A stretch of 55,959 nucleotides of DNA from Octopus bimaculoides (GCF_001194135.2 NC_069000.1:21790160-21846118), one strand, 5' to 3'. Positions 1-12,669 are shown, counted from the first letter of the stretch. Numbers and translations are program-made. The notes: a model not told the origin generated them from the sequence alone.

Positions 1-140
1 TATATATATATATACATACACACGCGCACGCACATACATGTATACATGCATGCTATATGTAGAATAGTCATGTATATCTATATATATATATATATATATA
101 TATCCATATATATATATATATAATGTACTTGTATAAATGT
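1..140. repeat. (TA)n/(CA)n compound microsatellite
   Basis: Direct reading. Confidence 0.95.
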
Positions 141-480
141 GTAAATATAATATATTTATAGATCTGTACATATATGCACTTTTGAAGATGTATAAAATAA
201 CAGAGCCCTTACTTGAAAAACAGGTAGGATTAGCAACAAGAAGGGCAACTGGCTGCAAGCCAATGCCTCAATAATATTCATCTAACCCATGCTTGCATGG
301 AAAAATGGAAGTAAAAATGAAGTAACAACAGAACAAATATGCACATAACCAGCAAATTATTTGCTGACAAGGAAAGTGCTTACAGCATAGCAGATTTTCT
401 TGTAAAGTGTATGCAAACACACATGCACGCATGTGTGTTTGGACATACCCTCACACACACACACACACAGACACCATCAT

Positions 481-720
481 TATCATTGTTTTAATGTCCA
501 CTTTTCCATGCTTGTATGGGTCAAATGGAATTCGTTGAGGCAGATTTCACTATGGCTAGGTGTCCCTCCTGTCACCAACCCTCGTCTGTTTCTAAGTAAG
601 GTAATGTCTCCCCCTGTTCTTTGAACACAAATGCCATAATGACTGGACATATGTCTTTAGAAAACTGCAAACAGACAATACCTTTTCTATGAAGGTGGCA
701 TTTATTTACATTTAGTGTGC
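481..720 (-). mobile_element. SINE-C2 (same core and tail as SINE-C, different upstream part)
   Basis: ttaatgtccacttttccatgcttgtatggg...cctcctgtcaccaacc...gtaaggtaat. Confidence 0.7.
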
Positions 721-1374
721 ATGGAAGTATAAACATATACAGAGATATATGTGTGCATGTATGCATCCCAGGCTTCTTTAAGTTTCCAACTATCAAATTC
801 ACTCACAAGACATTGGTGGGCTCAGGGATACAGATTAAGATTCTTGCTTAGGGTGTCTTGATAGACATATATGTCTATGTACATACATACATATACAAAG
901 CCTGGATGTACTATGGCTGAAATTCACTTCCCAACCACTTTTGCATACTTGGTGGACCAGATGGAAATGATTTGAGGCAGAATTTCTACATCTGAATGAT
1001 AATGAGGTACAACACACATATTACACAGCACTTTCAATGTGATAAAACCCAAAAGGCATAGCTCTGCACATATCCAAGACATGTAGAGCTGTGCTCAATA
1101 GTGCTGTGAAAACACCCAATAAAAATTAAGATAATTATGATGATAGTTCCTTATTTTGAACTGATGTCACACATTTTTTTTTTTATGAAAGGGGAGGTAG
1201 ATGTATAGAAGATATAATTTACATCAGTACTTGGTTGGTCAGTACCATAGATAGATGAAAAGCAATCTTAGCAGCATTTGAATTCATAACATAAAAGAAT
1301 ATAACTAAATGCCATGAGGCATTTTAACTAGCTCTCTATATATTTTGTCGGTCAGTTGTAAAAACCACCACAAC

Positions 1375-1860
1375 AATAATTGTTTCTAATTTTGGCACAA
1401 GACCAGCAATTTTGAGGGGAGAGTGTTAGCGAATAACATAGACTCCAACACTTGTCTGGTACTTTACTTTTTGCAACCCTGGAGGGATGAAAAGCAAAAT
1501 TGACTTTGGTGGGGTTTGAACACAGAATGTTGAGAACTAGAAGAAATACCGCAAAGCATTTTGCCCAACACTCTAATGATTCTGCTAACCCACTAGTCTA
1601 GCAACAACAGTAATAATCATCCTTTCTACTATAGGCACAATGCCTGAAACTTTGGGGGAGTGAGGATAATTGATGTCATTGACCCTGGTGCTCAATTGAT
1701 ATTTATTTCAGCAACCCTGAAAGGATGAAAGGAAAGTCAACCTTGGTGGCATCTGAACTCAAACATAAAGAGCTGAAAGAAATTCCACTAAACGTTTTGC
1801 TTGGTGTGCTAATGATTCTACCACCTTGTTGCCCTAATGATAATAACAACAATAATAATA
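1375..1860 (-). mobile_element. Two head-to-tail SINE-B copies
   Basis: Each has ggatgaaa(g)gcaaa..tgac..tggtggt/ggg..tgaac and the reverse of a tRNA-like head; separated by (AAT)-rich tails. Confidence 0.8.
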
Positions 1861-2612
1861 ATGATAATAAAATCTATGTTAAAAAAATTTGAAATAAAAA
1901 TTGAAATAAATATATATAATTTTATCCTAATACTAAATAATAAGAAAACATTTTATCCAGTTAGAATGAAAATTAATAAATAAACCTTGGATAAACTAAA
2001 CATAGTTAATGAAAAGAAAACCCGTTAAATTACTTTGAGAAAAAAAAAAAAATATAAAAAAAACAGCCATTAAACAAACATTTAAGGAAACCAAATTGCT
2101 GGTTGTTTAGATTTCGTTAGAATTCAGTCAGAATTTTAATAATGTCTAAGTTGATTTCACCGGAAATTATTTGATTACTATCAAATAATTTCCATGCAAC
2201 CTGTCATGCTCTCTCCTGCCCTGCTCTTCCTTCCTTTTGTCTCCTCTTTTCTCTCTTCCTTCTCTTCTTCTCAATAAACTAATAAAGCAAGCTGAAATAG
2301 GTTAATTCTCTAAGATATATCAAACCAAACAGTAAAAGTAAACAGGTCATCAGTTGCAAGAGATTGAAAGACTGAAACAAGTGTTTAGTTCTCAATTCCA
2401 TCGGATTAAGCAATCAGCAGTTTAGAAAGAGCCACGAATGAGACCAATTTATTGAGTATTGTTTTGACCAGTAGGAAAGGACTTGCTGGATATAATCTTC
2501 AAATCTTACATACTGTCTTTTAATATACAAGAAAAAAAGAAAAAAAAAAACAGAACTACACATACAAGAAGAATAAATTAGAGAATGTAGTTACATTATT
2601 TTCTGAAATTTT

Positions 2613-2850
2613 GTGCCGGTGACACATAAAAGGCATCTGTGCGAGAGGCACATGAAAGCAGCCATGCCGGTGACTTGTAAAAGGCACCCACTGCATTCTA
2701 TGGAGTGGTTGGTGTTAGGAAGGGCATCCAACTGTAGAAACCAAGGCAAAACAAACTGGAGCTTGGCGCAATTCTCCAGCTTACCAGTTCCGGTCAAACT
2801 GTCTAACGCATGCCAACATGGAAATCAGACACTAAATGATGATGATAGCT
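2613..2850 (+). mobile_element. SINE-C (GGTTGGYGTTAGGAAGGGCATCC core, RTE-type tail)
   Basis: ggttggtgttaggaagggcatccaactgtagaaacc...gcatgccaacatggaaa...taaatgatgatgat. Confidence 0.8.
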
Positions 2851-3040
2851 AGAATACAATTTAATCATATAAGTCTGCTTGATCAAAGCTGAAGTGGGAA
2901 TAAACAACAACAGCACCAACAACAACCACCACCCTGTATATTCATGGTTCTAAATCAGCTGCTACTACTGCTGGCCTGTGCCCATGGTCAAAACACTTAA
3001 ACTCTGATGGTTGTGTTGTAAATATACAGGTACCATATAA

Positions 3041-3254
3041 CCTTTTCTACTCTAGGCACAAGGCCCGAAATTTTTGGGAGGGGACCAGTCAACTAGATCG
3101 ACACCAGTATGCAACTGGTACTTAATTTATTGACCCCGGAAGGATGAAACGCAAAGTCGAACTCAGCAGAATTTGAGCTTAGAACATAAAGTCAGATGAA
3201 ATACTGCTAAGCATTTTGCTCAATGTGCTAACATTTCTGCCAGCTCGCCGCCTT
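3041..3254 (-). mobile_element. SINE-B, young, bounded by a TSD
   Basis: Reverse of aaggcggcgagctggcagaa head; CpGs retained; flanks caggtaccatataa / caggtacaacataa. Confidence 0.88.
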
Positions 3255-3666
3255 CAGGTACAACATAATGTAATATAACTCACCATAGTAACTTTGTAAA
3301 ATTGAGGAGTATTTTGTTAACATGCTATCCTGAGTTCAAGTTCTGTGTGCTTGATTCATACTGGATGCAGTTATTCTTTCAAAGCTCATATATTATTGAG
3401 TATTTGAGAGATGGTACCATCTGGGATAGAATGTTAGTTTACTGCTAACAATATTCTCTGAAGAGCAATTATCTGTTACTGATAAGGTGGTGAATTGTGG
3501 TACATAGAATTGTGTTCTGCCTAGAAAGATTGTATGATGCCTACTCAGAAAGATGGCATCATAGTTGCTGTGACTATGAACTTATTAGCTATGAGTCTGC
3601 ACCCAGTATGTTAGTTATTCAAGTGAAACCTATTTCAAATAAATAACTTAGAGTATTTAATCAAAT

Positions 3667-4055
3667 AGGTACAGGTGTGGCTGTGCAGTAAGATGCTTGC
3701 TTCCCAATGACATGGTTTTGGGGATCAGTCTCACTGTGTGAGACCTTAGGAAAGTGTCTTTGACTATATCCCCAGGCTGACCAAAGCCTTATGAGTGGAT
3801 TTGGTTGATGGAAGACTAAAAGAAGCTCATTGTGTGTATGTCTCTTAATGTTTGTTCCTCGCCACCACTATTTGACAAACCTGTGTTAGTTTGTTTACAT
3901 TCCTGTAACTTGGGCATTCGGCAGAAAGAGGCCGATAGAATAAGTATCAGGCTTAGATATAAGTACTGGGGTCAATTTGTTTGATTAAGTCCATCGAGGC
4001 AATGCTCTAGCATGGCTGCAGTCAAATGATAGAAACAAGTAAAAGATAAAAGATT
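3667..4055 (+). mobile_element. SINE-A, full length (tRNA-like head, CORE-like centre, TG spacer, second arm)
   Basis: gtgtggctgtgcagtaag A-box-like head, accttaggaaagtgtctt centre, tail agaaacaagtaaaaga. Confidence 0.85.
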
Positions 4056-4067
4056 AAAAAATCTTCA

Positions 4068-4294
4068 TTAACCATTTAGCATTTAAACCAGTCATATCTG
4101 GCCCAAATACTCTACCAGGTTTATGTCCAAACTGGCCAGCTCCAGCTTCTCACACCTACCCTACAATTCATTCTCAAAGTAAATAGTCACACCATTGAAA
4201 TCTCAAAGCTGCAGGATAATGCATGATTAATTCAAAATAATGTGAATAAATAAGCATTACATTTGAGAGAGTAATCTGAATGCCAAAGGGTTAA
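4068..4294 (-). mobile_element. MITE-1 (piggyBac-type, ~220 bp)
   Basis: TTAA-CCATTTAGCAT ... ATGCCAAAGGG-TTAA termini; internal sequence shared with other copies. Confidence 0.85.
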
Positions 4295-4679
4295 ATTCAA
4301 GTGTGTTATGGACAGTTTATGAAAAGTCTTGTCTAATTTCAGTCTTACCAGTGTATGTGTGCATTGTAGGGAGATGAGTGAGTTTGATTTATGCATACAA
4401 GATCATGTCATGCTATAACTAAATTAACATCTGTGAATATGCCATACCATAACCAACGTTATATAAATGAAAGCCTCTACTTGGAGTATTATTGTTACCA
4501 AGAATCAAATTCAAACCTTACAAAAGGGAATATATAACATGTTTAATATAATTTTATTAAAACTATTTGCTCCGGTTGTATATGCAAGTGTGTGAACATG
4601 TATGTGTTTGTGTATGCAAATTTGTAAACACTGCCAACCCATATAAGTGCAAAGAATAAAGAAGCTAAAGTATTTTATT

Positions 4680-4970
4680 ATAGCTATTATCATCATCACC
4701 ATTATTATCTTAGCCACCAACACCACCAGTATCATGATGACCATCATCTCTGCCACTACCATCACTACTATCATCATCATCATCATCAGCATCATAACTA
4801 CCATCAGTCTCATCATCACCATTATTATTACCACCATCATAGTTTTCATCACCACCATGAGATTTTGCTTATGAGTTGATCAGCCTCTGGATAATTTTGA
4901 GACTAATCTGTAGTATCATCGTCATCATCACTACCACCACCACTACCACCATCATCATTATCATTTAAGT
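4680..4970. repeat. Degenerate (CAT/CAC)n triplet repeat
   Basis: Source of spurious poly-I/T and poly-M/V ORFs 4511-4874. Confidence 0.9.
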
Positions 4971-5284
4971 ATTCATTGTTGAAAATTGACCCATTTAAAT
5001 GGCATCCTAGCCATCTCCAATTTGGCAAACACTATTGCACAGCAAGATGTCATTATGTGAACTGATGCCAGAATATCAAGATTGCTTTTCAGTTATTTAA
5101 TACAGTCTTATTCATCTCTATAATTTAGAATTTCCCCCAATTTCAGGTGTGAGCATAGCATTGATGCAAAAACTTCATGGAAGTATGTAAGAAACAGATG
5201 ATTTTTATTTTTTACCTCTAAATTGTATATCCGTGTTTTTTCTCACTCATATTTCTCTGTCATTTCAACCTGCATAAAGTTGCA

Positions 5285-5530
5285 TTTGCTGTTGTTGTTG
5301 TTGTTGAATGACCTCTAAGTTTTCCTCAAGCTGACGGATAGAATGTCTGAATATTCAATTTACAGATCTAGCCATACCCAGGTGTGTACCCTTTAGTTTG
5401 TTACTGTTTAAGTCTTGGACAGCCCAAACAAGTCCTTCTTCTCTTAAGACTGCAGGCTATGGTATGAAGGCGATTCAGCTATTTCTTGCAGGTTGAATGA
5501 CCATATAGAGGTCTGTTCATTGGTATGTAC
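5285..5530 (-). mobile_element. Decayed interspersed repeat with (CAA)n tail (related pieces near 11960-12135, 28700-28765, 39970-40180, 54020-54190)
   Basis: Shared gatttg.g.gagattt.gct..tattt.tagcag..gaatgacca motif and (ttg)n end. Confidence 0.45.
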
Positions 5531-5638
5531 TAATTTGGTTTTTAGTAGATTATATAGATTATGGAATTTACTTGGTCTATATACCATTTTTATATGCAAG
5601 TAATTCATTATATCAATTATCTATATATATAAAAATGA

Positions 5639-5648
5639 NNNNNNNNNN
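5639..5648. other. Assembly gap (10 N)
   Basis: N run. Confidence 1.
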
Positions 5649-5870
5649 TCCAGAATATTTTGTAGACACAAGCCTGATTTTGAGATGAGTTACCTTTCTT
5701 TATTTGCATTAATTTGTGAATATATAATTGTAATGTATAATGCCAAGCATATTATTGATGCATACTGAAATTAATAGTACATGAAGAAGGTTATAAAACT
5801 AATCATATGGAAGTCATATGGATAAATAAATCTATCTTCACCTCTCACATCTTCTGACTTTATGCTTTAT

Positions 5871-5889
<19 letters not shown>

Positions 5890-5901
<12 letters not shown>

Positions 5902-6175
5902 AAATGTGTTTTTCTTTTGTCTTGACATGTATGCACTGGCTGTAAACAAGATATTGCTGTTCATGAAAATGGTGTTGCATGTTTGCAGTCCTCTGCAAAT
6001 GCATACCTGAGTTGTTCATTGTTTGATAGACTAGAGGACTTATTACCTTTCTTAGAAACAAATGTGGGTTGGCAAAACGAAGGGCATTTGGCCATATAAA
6101 ATTCCACGTCAATAAAGTCTTGTGTGATCCATGCAAGCATGGAAAAATAGATGTTAAAATGATAATGATTATGAT
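5890..6175 (+). mobile_element. SINE-C2
   Basis: ttattacctttcttagaaaca...gggttggcaaaacgaagggcat...ccatgcaagcatggaaaa. Confidence 0.7.
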
Positions 6176-6239
6176 GTTATTCTTGAATTTTCTACATTTG
6201 ATAGCATTACTAGTTAATACTAATTAGAAATAATAATCC

Positions 6240-6730
6240 TTTTTTTTTACTACAGGTACAAGGCTTAAAATTTGTGGGAGGAGTTAGTTGGATACATTAC
6301 CACCAATGCTCAACTGGTACAGTGCCTAAGAGGATGAAAGGCAAAGTTGATCTTGGCAGAATTTGAACTCAGAACACAATAACGATTTCAAATTTTGGCA
6401 CAAGGTCAGCACATTCAGGGATGGGGCTAGTCGATTACATTAACCCCAGTGCTCAACTGGTACATATTTTATCAACCCCAAAAGAATGAGGGGTAAAGTT
6501 GATCCTGGTGGCATTTGAACCCAGTACATAAAAACAGACAAAAATGCTTAGCAGCTTTTTGTCCGGTGCAGTAACAATTCTGCCAGCTCACTGCCTAAAC
6601 TCAGAACATAATAGCAACAACAACACCAACTACAATGATAACAGCAATTTCTAACATAGATACAAGGCCACAAATCAATTAAATCCACCACAGTATTTGG
6701 CTAGGCGCACTTGATTCCAGGATTTAAATT
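6240..6730 (-). mobile_element. Cluster of nested or tandem SINE-B copies
   Basis: Repeated ggatgaaaggcaaagttga and caactggtac motifs. Confidence 0.75.
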
Positions 6731-6952
6731 CAGAGCTATAACTAAATGCTATTAGGAACGATACCTTATGATGATGATGATTCTAATGCTGTCAAGATAT
6801 TTTTCCAATCCATACTGTTACTTTATGCATCCCAAAAAGGATAAAAATCACTGTAGTCAACTTCTGCAGAATTTAACCTTAAAATATAAGAGTAAGTAAA
6901 TATTGCCAGGCATTTTCTTTACTGCTCTACCAATTCTGATAATGATGATTTC

Positions 6953-6962
6953 NNNNNNNNNN
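6953..6962. other. Assembly gap (10 N) flanked by an identical 227-bp duplicate
   Basis: N run; 6726-6952 equals 6963-7189. Confidence 1.
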
Positions 6963-7410
6963 AAATTCAGAGCTATAACTAAATGCTATTAGGAACGATA
7001 CCTTATGATGATGATGATTCTAATGCTGTCAAGATATTTTTCCAATCCATACTGTTACTTTATGCATCCCAAAAAGGATAAAAATCACTGTAGTCAACTT
7101 CTGCAGAATTTAACCTTAAAATATAAGAGTAAGTAAATATTGCCAGGCATTTTCTTTACTGCTCTACCAATTCTGATAATGATGATTTCTTTATTTTAAC
7201 AACATCAGTTTTTATGACAGGAGAGGATGTTGTCAGTTGAAATTGACTTCACCATAAATTTTATCAGTCCTTGGCAGCATAAAAGGGAAATACATGTTTG
7301 GTAGGAATTAAACTAAAATCAATAACCAAACTGCATTAACAAATTAAAACACCTTCAACTTAGACATCAGTGAGACAATCATTTTTACATTAAATATTAG
7401 ACTGTACAGT

Positions 7411-7626
7411 TTAATCCTTTTGTTACCATATTTCTAATGAAATATACTGCCTTTGTTTCAATTAATTTTGAAATTGATGAAGAATTTAGTAAAATAGCTT
7501 TAAGCTGGTGTTTAGAATAAATTAACATGACATTTTGAAGGAAGGTTTTAATTTAGAATACTTTGAAAGAGGAAATTTGTATCAGAATCAAGGCAGTCTC
7601 AGGTAGGTTAGTACCAAAATGGTTAA
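7411..7626 (+). mobile_element. MITE-2 (piggyBac-type, ~215 bp)
   Basis: ttaatccttttgttacc...gtaccaaaatggttaa; internal body differs from MITE-1. Confidence 0.8.
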
Positions 7627-7789
7627 CCTGAAATCAATGTTGGCCTTATAGTCAAATATTTGTCAGTGTGTCCTTATCACCAGCACCATGTTATGTCTTT
7701 GCTAAAGATGCTTGACTTTTAATAATTAGTGAATCTTGAAATTTGCACCATTAGTAACATACAGATCATTGCTGATGGATATTATTACA

Positions 7790-8970
7790 CAGCTGAGTGA
7801 TATTTTTTTAGCTTACGGTTATTAATTCATGCCCTACAATAGTTTAGTGTCCTATGTAAGAGTAGATGAAACAGAACTGCTTCTTTAGTATTTTTCAGTT
7901 TCAGAAAGCATGAATTTCTGTTGTGGGAATAGTGCTTGTTGTAGTTAAAAAAGCTTTTGTGGGAACATCAGCCATTTGATAGTATTAACTATGAGTATCT
8001 GTGGAAGTTCTTTTCAAGAGTGATTGTCCACCTGATTTTGTAGATATCAATTTAAAGAAAAGTAAATTGACTGAAAGATTCAGTTTCAGATTAATCACAT
8101 TTTCAACATTCACTGACTTTTTGCTAAAACAAAGTGATGAGAAATGTTTATGTATCTGCTCTTTGCAGATAACTGTGGCTTTGTTGCCCATACACTTGAA
8201 GGTATTCAAAGAAACATGGATTTCTCAGCTGTTGCAAAGAACTTTGGTCTCTTAGTCAGCATAATAGAGATTGGAATCGTTTATCAAATCCAGACCTAGA
8301 TCTTCATGTTTCCCAAGTAATCCAGAAATCACTGTTGATGGAAATGTGCTAAAAGTGGTGGAGGATTTTGAGACAATACAGCATCCAGTAAACTAATTAT
8401 ATATCTCCATGTCTCCTCCAGAACTGGTAAAACAAGTGTTGCTTTGGCAGCCTGACAAATCAACTTTGAAATAATCCAGATATTTCACTGCATATGGAGA
8501 TTCAAACATATAAAGCAGTGATCTTAACTGAAACTATTGTATGGTGTAGACTCATGGACCCTGTACTACTGGTAGATAAAGCATTCACACTTTCTATTGT
8601 TGCTATCATTAGAAAATCTGTAAGATCAAGCAGCAGGACATGATACTCAATATAGAAGTCCTATTTTGCTGTAAAATTGGTGGTATGCAGATATTACTAA
8701 TGAGACATCGACTTCACTGGTGTGATCATGTGCGTGGATTGGATCTAAAAATGATCAAAATCCCAAAGTAATCGTTTATGACCAGCTTGCTAGTCATAGA
8801 TATTTTGGCAAGTATTTTTTTGGAGCACCTCTGAAACAAAATCTGAAGATGTATCATATTAACAAAACCATGGCTTCATTCAAAGATCCATTGACTGATC
8901 GTGTTAGAGAACTTTTTGCATGTAGGGCATTGAACTTGAGAGAATATACAAACAAACTCAAAAGCGAACA
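7790..8970 (+). mobile_element. Decayed RTE (BovB-like) LINE, RT to C-terminus
   Basis: PFDSINYEYLWK (7972), LLFADN (8162-8173, for FADD), ITVDGNVLKVVEDF, TYKAVIL, LLYGVDSWTLY, HRLHWCDHV (8706-8732), LKQNLKMYHIN. Confidence 0.8.
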
Positions 8971-10031
8971 TTTTATTTCTATTTTGATTTTCATAATGTT
9001 TCACTATGTTCCATTCACTGTCATTTTAAAGTTGTTTAAATTTTTACTACGTTCTTTTTCTATTTTAAGAATATAAAAGCATAACTCTGAAACACTTGTA
9101 ACAAATATTATAGAAGATTTCTAATAGGCACAAGATGATACATTTAAGGAGAGGAAGTTTACAGTCAATTAAATAGTCTCCAGTTCTTGACTGTTGGTGC
9201 TCCTATTGATTCTGGAAGAATGGAAGGCAAAGGTTGACTTTGGCAGAGTTTAAACTCAGAACATATGGATCTATATTTATTGAATGGCTTAAACACAAAA
9301 TTGGACATAGATGCACACATATATCATGTACTTCCCATGAGAAAATATTCAGAGTAGACAGTATGCATTATTAAAGTAGATTGTCTCCAAAAAGCCTTGC
9401 ACTATGAGACAAAATATCAAAATAAGTTGATAACGTTTTTGAACAGCCATCACTTTCTCTTACCAGTAATCGTCTTTACTGCTATTCATCACTTGCTCTC
9501 TTATTAACAAACTCCTATCTCTTCTTCCACATTTAGCCCCTGCCAATACTATTACTCTTCTATTACTTATTTCAACACTGTCTCTTTCATTACTATCTCT
9601 TCCTTCATCCTGTCACTTTATTTCTCTCATCAGAACCTCACTTCCTTCCTTCATTCTCACACTCAATCTGATATGCCAGCAAAAAGAGAATCTGAAAATA
9701 AGAGATTTGCCAATGTTCTGTGAATGGAGGATCGGAGAGATGAAATGTTCTGGATTATAAAGCCGTGTGTCAGTGTAAATTAAGATCTCAAATGTTAGAA
9801 GAGTACGTATGGAATGATAGTGCACATTTATTGTCACTGTTGACAAGAAAGAACCCTGGACATATTGTTACTAGAGGTTGCTGAATGAGAAAATTTTGTT
9901 GGTGTACTCTAATTAGACCAGTTATACAAATGAAAATGCAATATGAAGATAGGGACAGCTGATGGACTAACAAAAATAGTCACTGAGATACTGAAAATAT
10001 CAAAAATTGAACAGACTAGTCAACTGCATAG

Positions 10032-10478
10032 TTAACCCTTTTGATATCAACCTACATCAAACTGCCTCTGGTTCTGTTATATAAGCTTCCTGTCTTAACC
10101 CTTTAGCACTCAGATTTCTCTGTCAAATGTAATGCTTATTTATTTATTGTTTTGAATTAATCATACATTGTAGCTTTGAGATTTCGATGATGTGAATGTT
10201 TATTTTTAGAATGACGTTGTAAGGTAGGTGTGAGAGACCTGATCTGGTCAGTTTGAACATAACGCAGGTTAAATATTTGGGCCTGGTATGGCTGTTTTCA
10301 ATGATAAAGGGTTAAAGTGATCATTATTGAAACTTTCTGTCAAAATTTCATGTTAATTTATGTTCCAGACATTAGCTTAATAATGATAAAGTCATTTTAC
10401 TGAACTTTTCATTATTTTCAAAATTAAATGAAAAAAAGGCAGTGTATTTCAACAGAAATATGATGCCAAAAGGGTTAA
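10032..10478 (-). mobile_element. MITE-2 inserted in an RTE LINE and carrying a MITE-1
   Basis: TTAACCCTTTTGATATC...GATGCCAAAAGGGTTAA. Confidence 0.88.
10095..10315 (+). mobile_element. MITE-1 nested in MITE-2
   Basis: TTAACCCTTTAGCA...ATGATAAAGGGTTAA with duplicated TTAA. Confidence 0.9.
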
Positions 10479-11258
10479 ACAGGTAGTACAAGGATGTGTC
10501 ATGCACAGTGACTCATGCAGTAGTATCGCCAATTGCTACAAAAAGAAAGAAAATGCTCTCGAAAGAAGCACCTACAGAAACATCAAATTATAGACCAGGT
10601 TACAAAAATAACAGAAACAATTAAAACACAACTGATTAGGAAAAAAAATTAGGTAAGATGAGATGAAATTCAGGTTTGTGCTTGGATGAAGTACAATTGA
10701 TGGCTTTTTTCTATAAGAACATCCCACTACAGCTAACATTTATCAATCCAGATAAAGCTTTTGATTTAGTACCATGTCCTGTAATCTGGTAATCGCTAGG
10801 AAAACAAGGGTTGCAAGAGCTGTACAAGCCATATATATGGTGAAAGTTAGTAAGACCATTGACATGCAGGTAAGTGTCCATCAATCAAGGTTCAGTTCTC
10901 AGCCCTCTTCTGTTCATCAGGTTGTAAGAGATGGAGTTTAAAACTGAATTTTCATGGAAACTCCCATTTGTTGATGGCCTAGTTCTCATAGCTGAATGTA
11001 TCAAAGATTTACTTAGAAATAACAAATATTGAAGTAAAGCCTAGAATTGAGAAGCCTTACAGTAAATCTTGCTATATAAGTTTTAGTTAGCACAAAAAAG
11101 ACAGGACTCTGCTATCATCAGGGAAGTGGTCATAATTGTTATGCACAAAAGATTCAAAAGAAAAAGACTGTTCAGGAAAAAGACTAGCATTGTATGAAAT
11201 GCAGTGGGATCACAGTCAGGATCTGCATAAGAAGAAATATTTCACAGAATATATACTT

Positions 11259-11520
11259 AGGTGCAGGCATGGCTGTGTAGTAAGAAGTTTGCTTTTCAGC
11301 CACATGGTTCTGAGTTCAGTTCTGCTACATGGCATCTTGGGGTAAGTGTCTTTTACTATAGCCCAGAGCCAACCAAAGTCTTGTGAGTGGATTTGGTAGA
11401 TGGAAACTGAAAGAAGCCCACTATACATACATACATACATATACACACATACACGTGTACATACGTGCCCCAGCATGGCTACAGCCTTAGGGCTGAAACG
11501 TGTAAAGGAGTGAAAGAATA
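11259..11520 (+). mobile_element. SINE-A first arm plus variant tail
   Basis: ggcatggctgtgtagtaagaag...catcttggggtaagtgtc...cagccttagggctgaaac. Confidence 0.8.
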
Positions 11521-12169
11521 TATATACATACATATTGCTTTTCAAGCTGGTATGGTTTGGATGGTTTGACAAGGAGCTGGTATCTTTGGCAAAGTTTCTA
11601 TTACTGGATGCTCTTCCTATCATCTGCCACTTTTAGAGAGTGTACTGAGTACCCCCACCATCACTTGGCAACCAGTATTGTTTTGTTTATGTCCCCCATA
11701 ACTTAGCATTTTGGCATAAGAAACCAATAGAGTAAATATCTGGCTTATAAGAAAAAAAAAGTACTGACATCGCAGTCCAGTGATTGAAAAAAGTAAAAGA
11801 ATATATTTACTAGGTCAAAGTCACCAAAGATGTTACTATGTTGTCAGTTGTTGGATTCATCAAATTCCACTTGAATGTTCAGAATGATTCTACAGTTCAT
11901 ATTTGACTGCTTTTACACATAGCTGTGTATAAAAACAAACGTGTGTGTGTGTGTGTGTGTGTGCACGTATTCTTGTGGTTTAGCCTCAAATCATACCTGG
12001 TCTAACAACCTTATGATCAGAAGAATTCCAGTCATGATCCTTCATTGAAATCGACAATTTTATTTGTTTTTATTTTGTAAAAATTCTCATCATTTGAGGG
12101 AGATATACAAGTGTTATGCATAGTAGGTCATGCGACTACTTAGAGGTGCTTTGTGTATATTATATATCG

Positions 12170-12345
12170 TCATCATCATTTAATGGTCTCATTTTCCATG
12201 CTGGCATAGGTAAGACAGTTCAATATGAACAGAGCCAGAGGGTTGTACCAAGTTCTAAAGTCCGGTTTGGTATGGTTTATACAGCTAGATGTCCTTCCTA
12301 ATACCAACCACTTCACCGAGTGTACTAGGTGCTTTTTACATATCC
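12170..12345 (-). mobile_element. SINE-C
   Basis: ttttccatgctggcatagg...gatgtccttcctaataccaacc. Confidence 0.75.
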
Positions 12346-12669
12346 ATATATGTTTTAAGATTTCACTTAGGCATAGAGATATATGCATGTGCACAAGTGT
12401 GCACATGCACACACACACACACACACACACATATGCGTCTATGTGTTTTAGTTGGTATAATATCTGATATTAGACAAACCATGCTCACATGCACAATAAA
12501 CACATAAACATGATGTGCAGACAGTATTTATAGAAAAAAAAAATATATATATATAGAATGATTCCGTTTGTTCTAAAGCTTATTTCTTGAAAAGAAAAAT
12601 TATCTTTGCATAATTTCTTTAAATTTTGCCTTCTATTTTCTTTAAAAATTTTTTTTTCCTATTTAATAA

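Larger units (their letters stand above)
9665..11230 (+). mobile_element. Decayed RTE-clade LINE, RT region, interrupted by nested MITEs
   Basis: FANVL, MKIGTADGLTKIVTEILK, DSCSSIANCYKKKENALERSTYRNIKL (from 10510), KAFD (10754), GSVLSPLLFI (10889), FVDG in the YADD position. Stops and frameshifts throughout. Confidence 0.85.

Noticed and set aside
3667-3740. tRNA genes at SINE heads
   Set aside because: Only A/B-box-like motifs are present, with no complete cloverleaf; they continue into SINE bodies.
4511-4874. Hydrophobic 115-aa and 75-aa ORFs resembling membrane peptides
   Set aside because: They come from the degenerate (CAT)n repeat.
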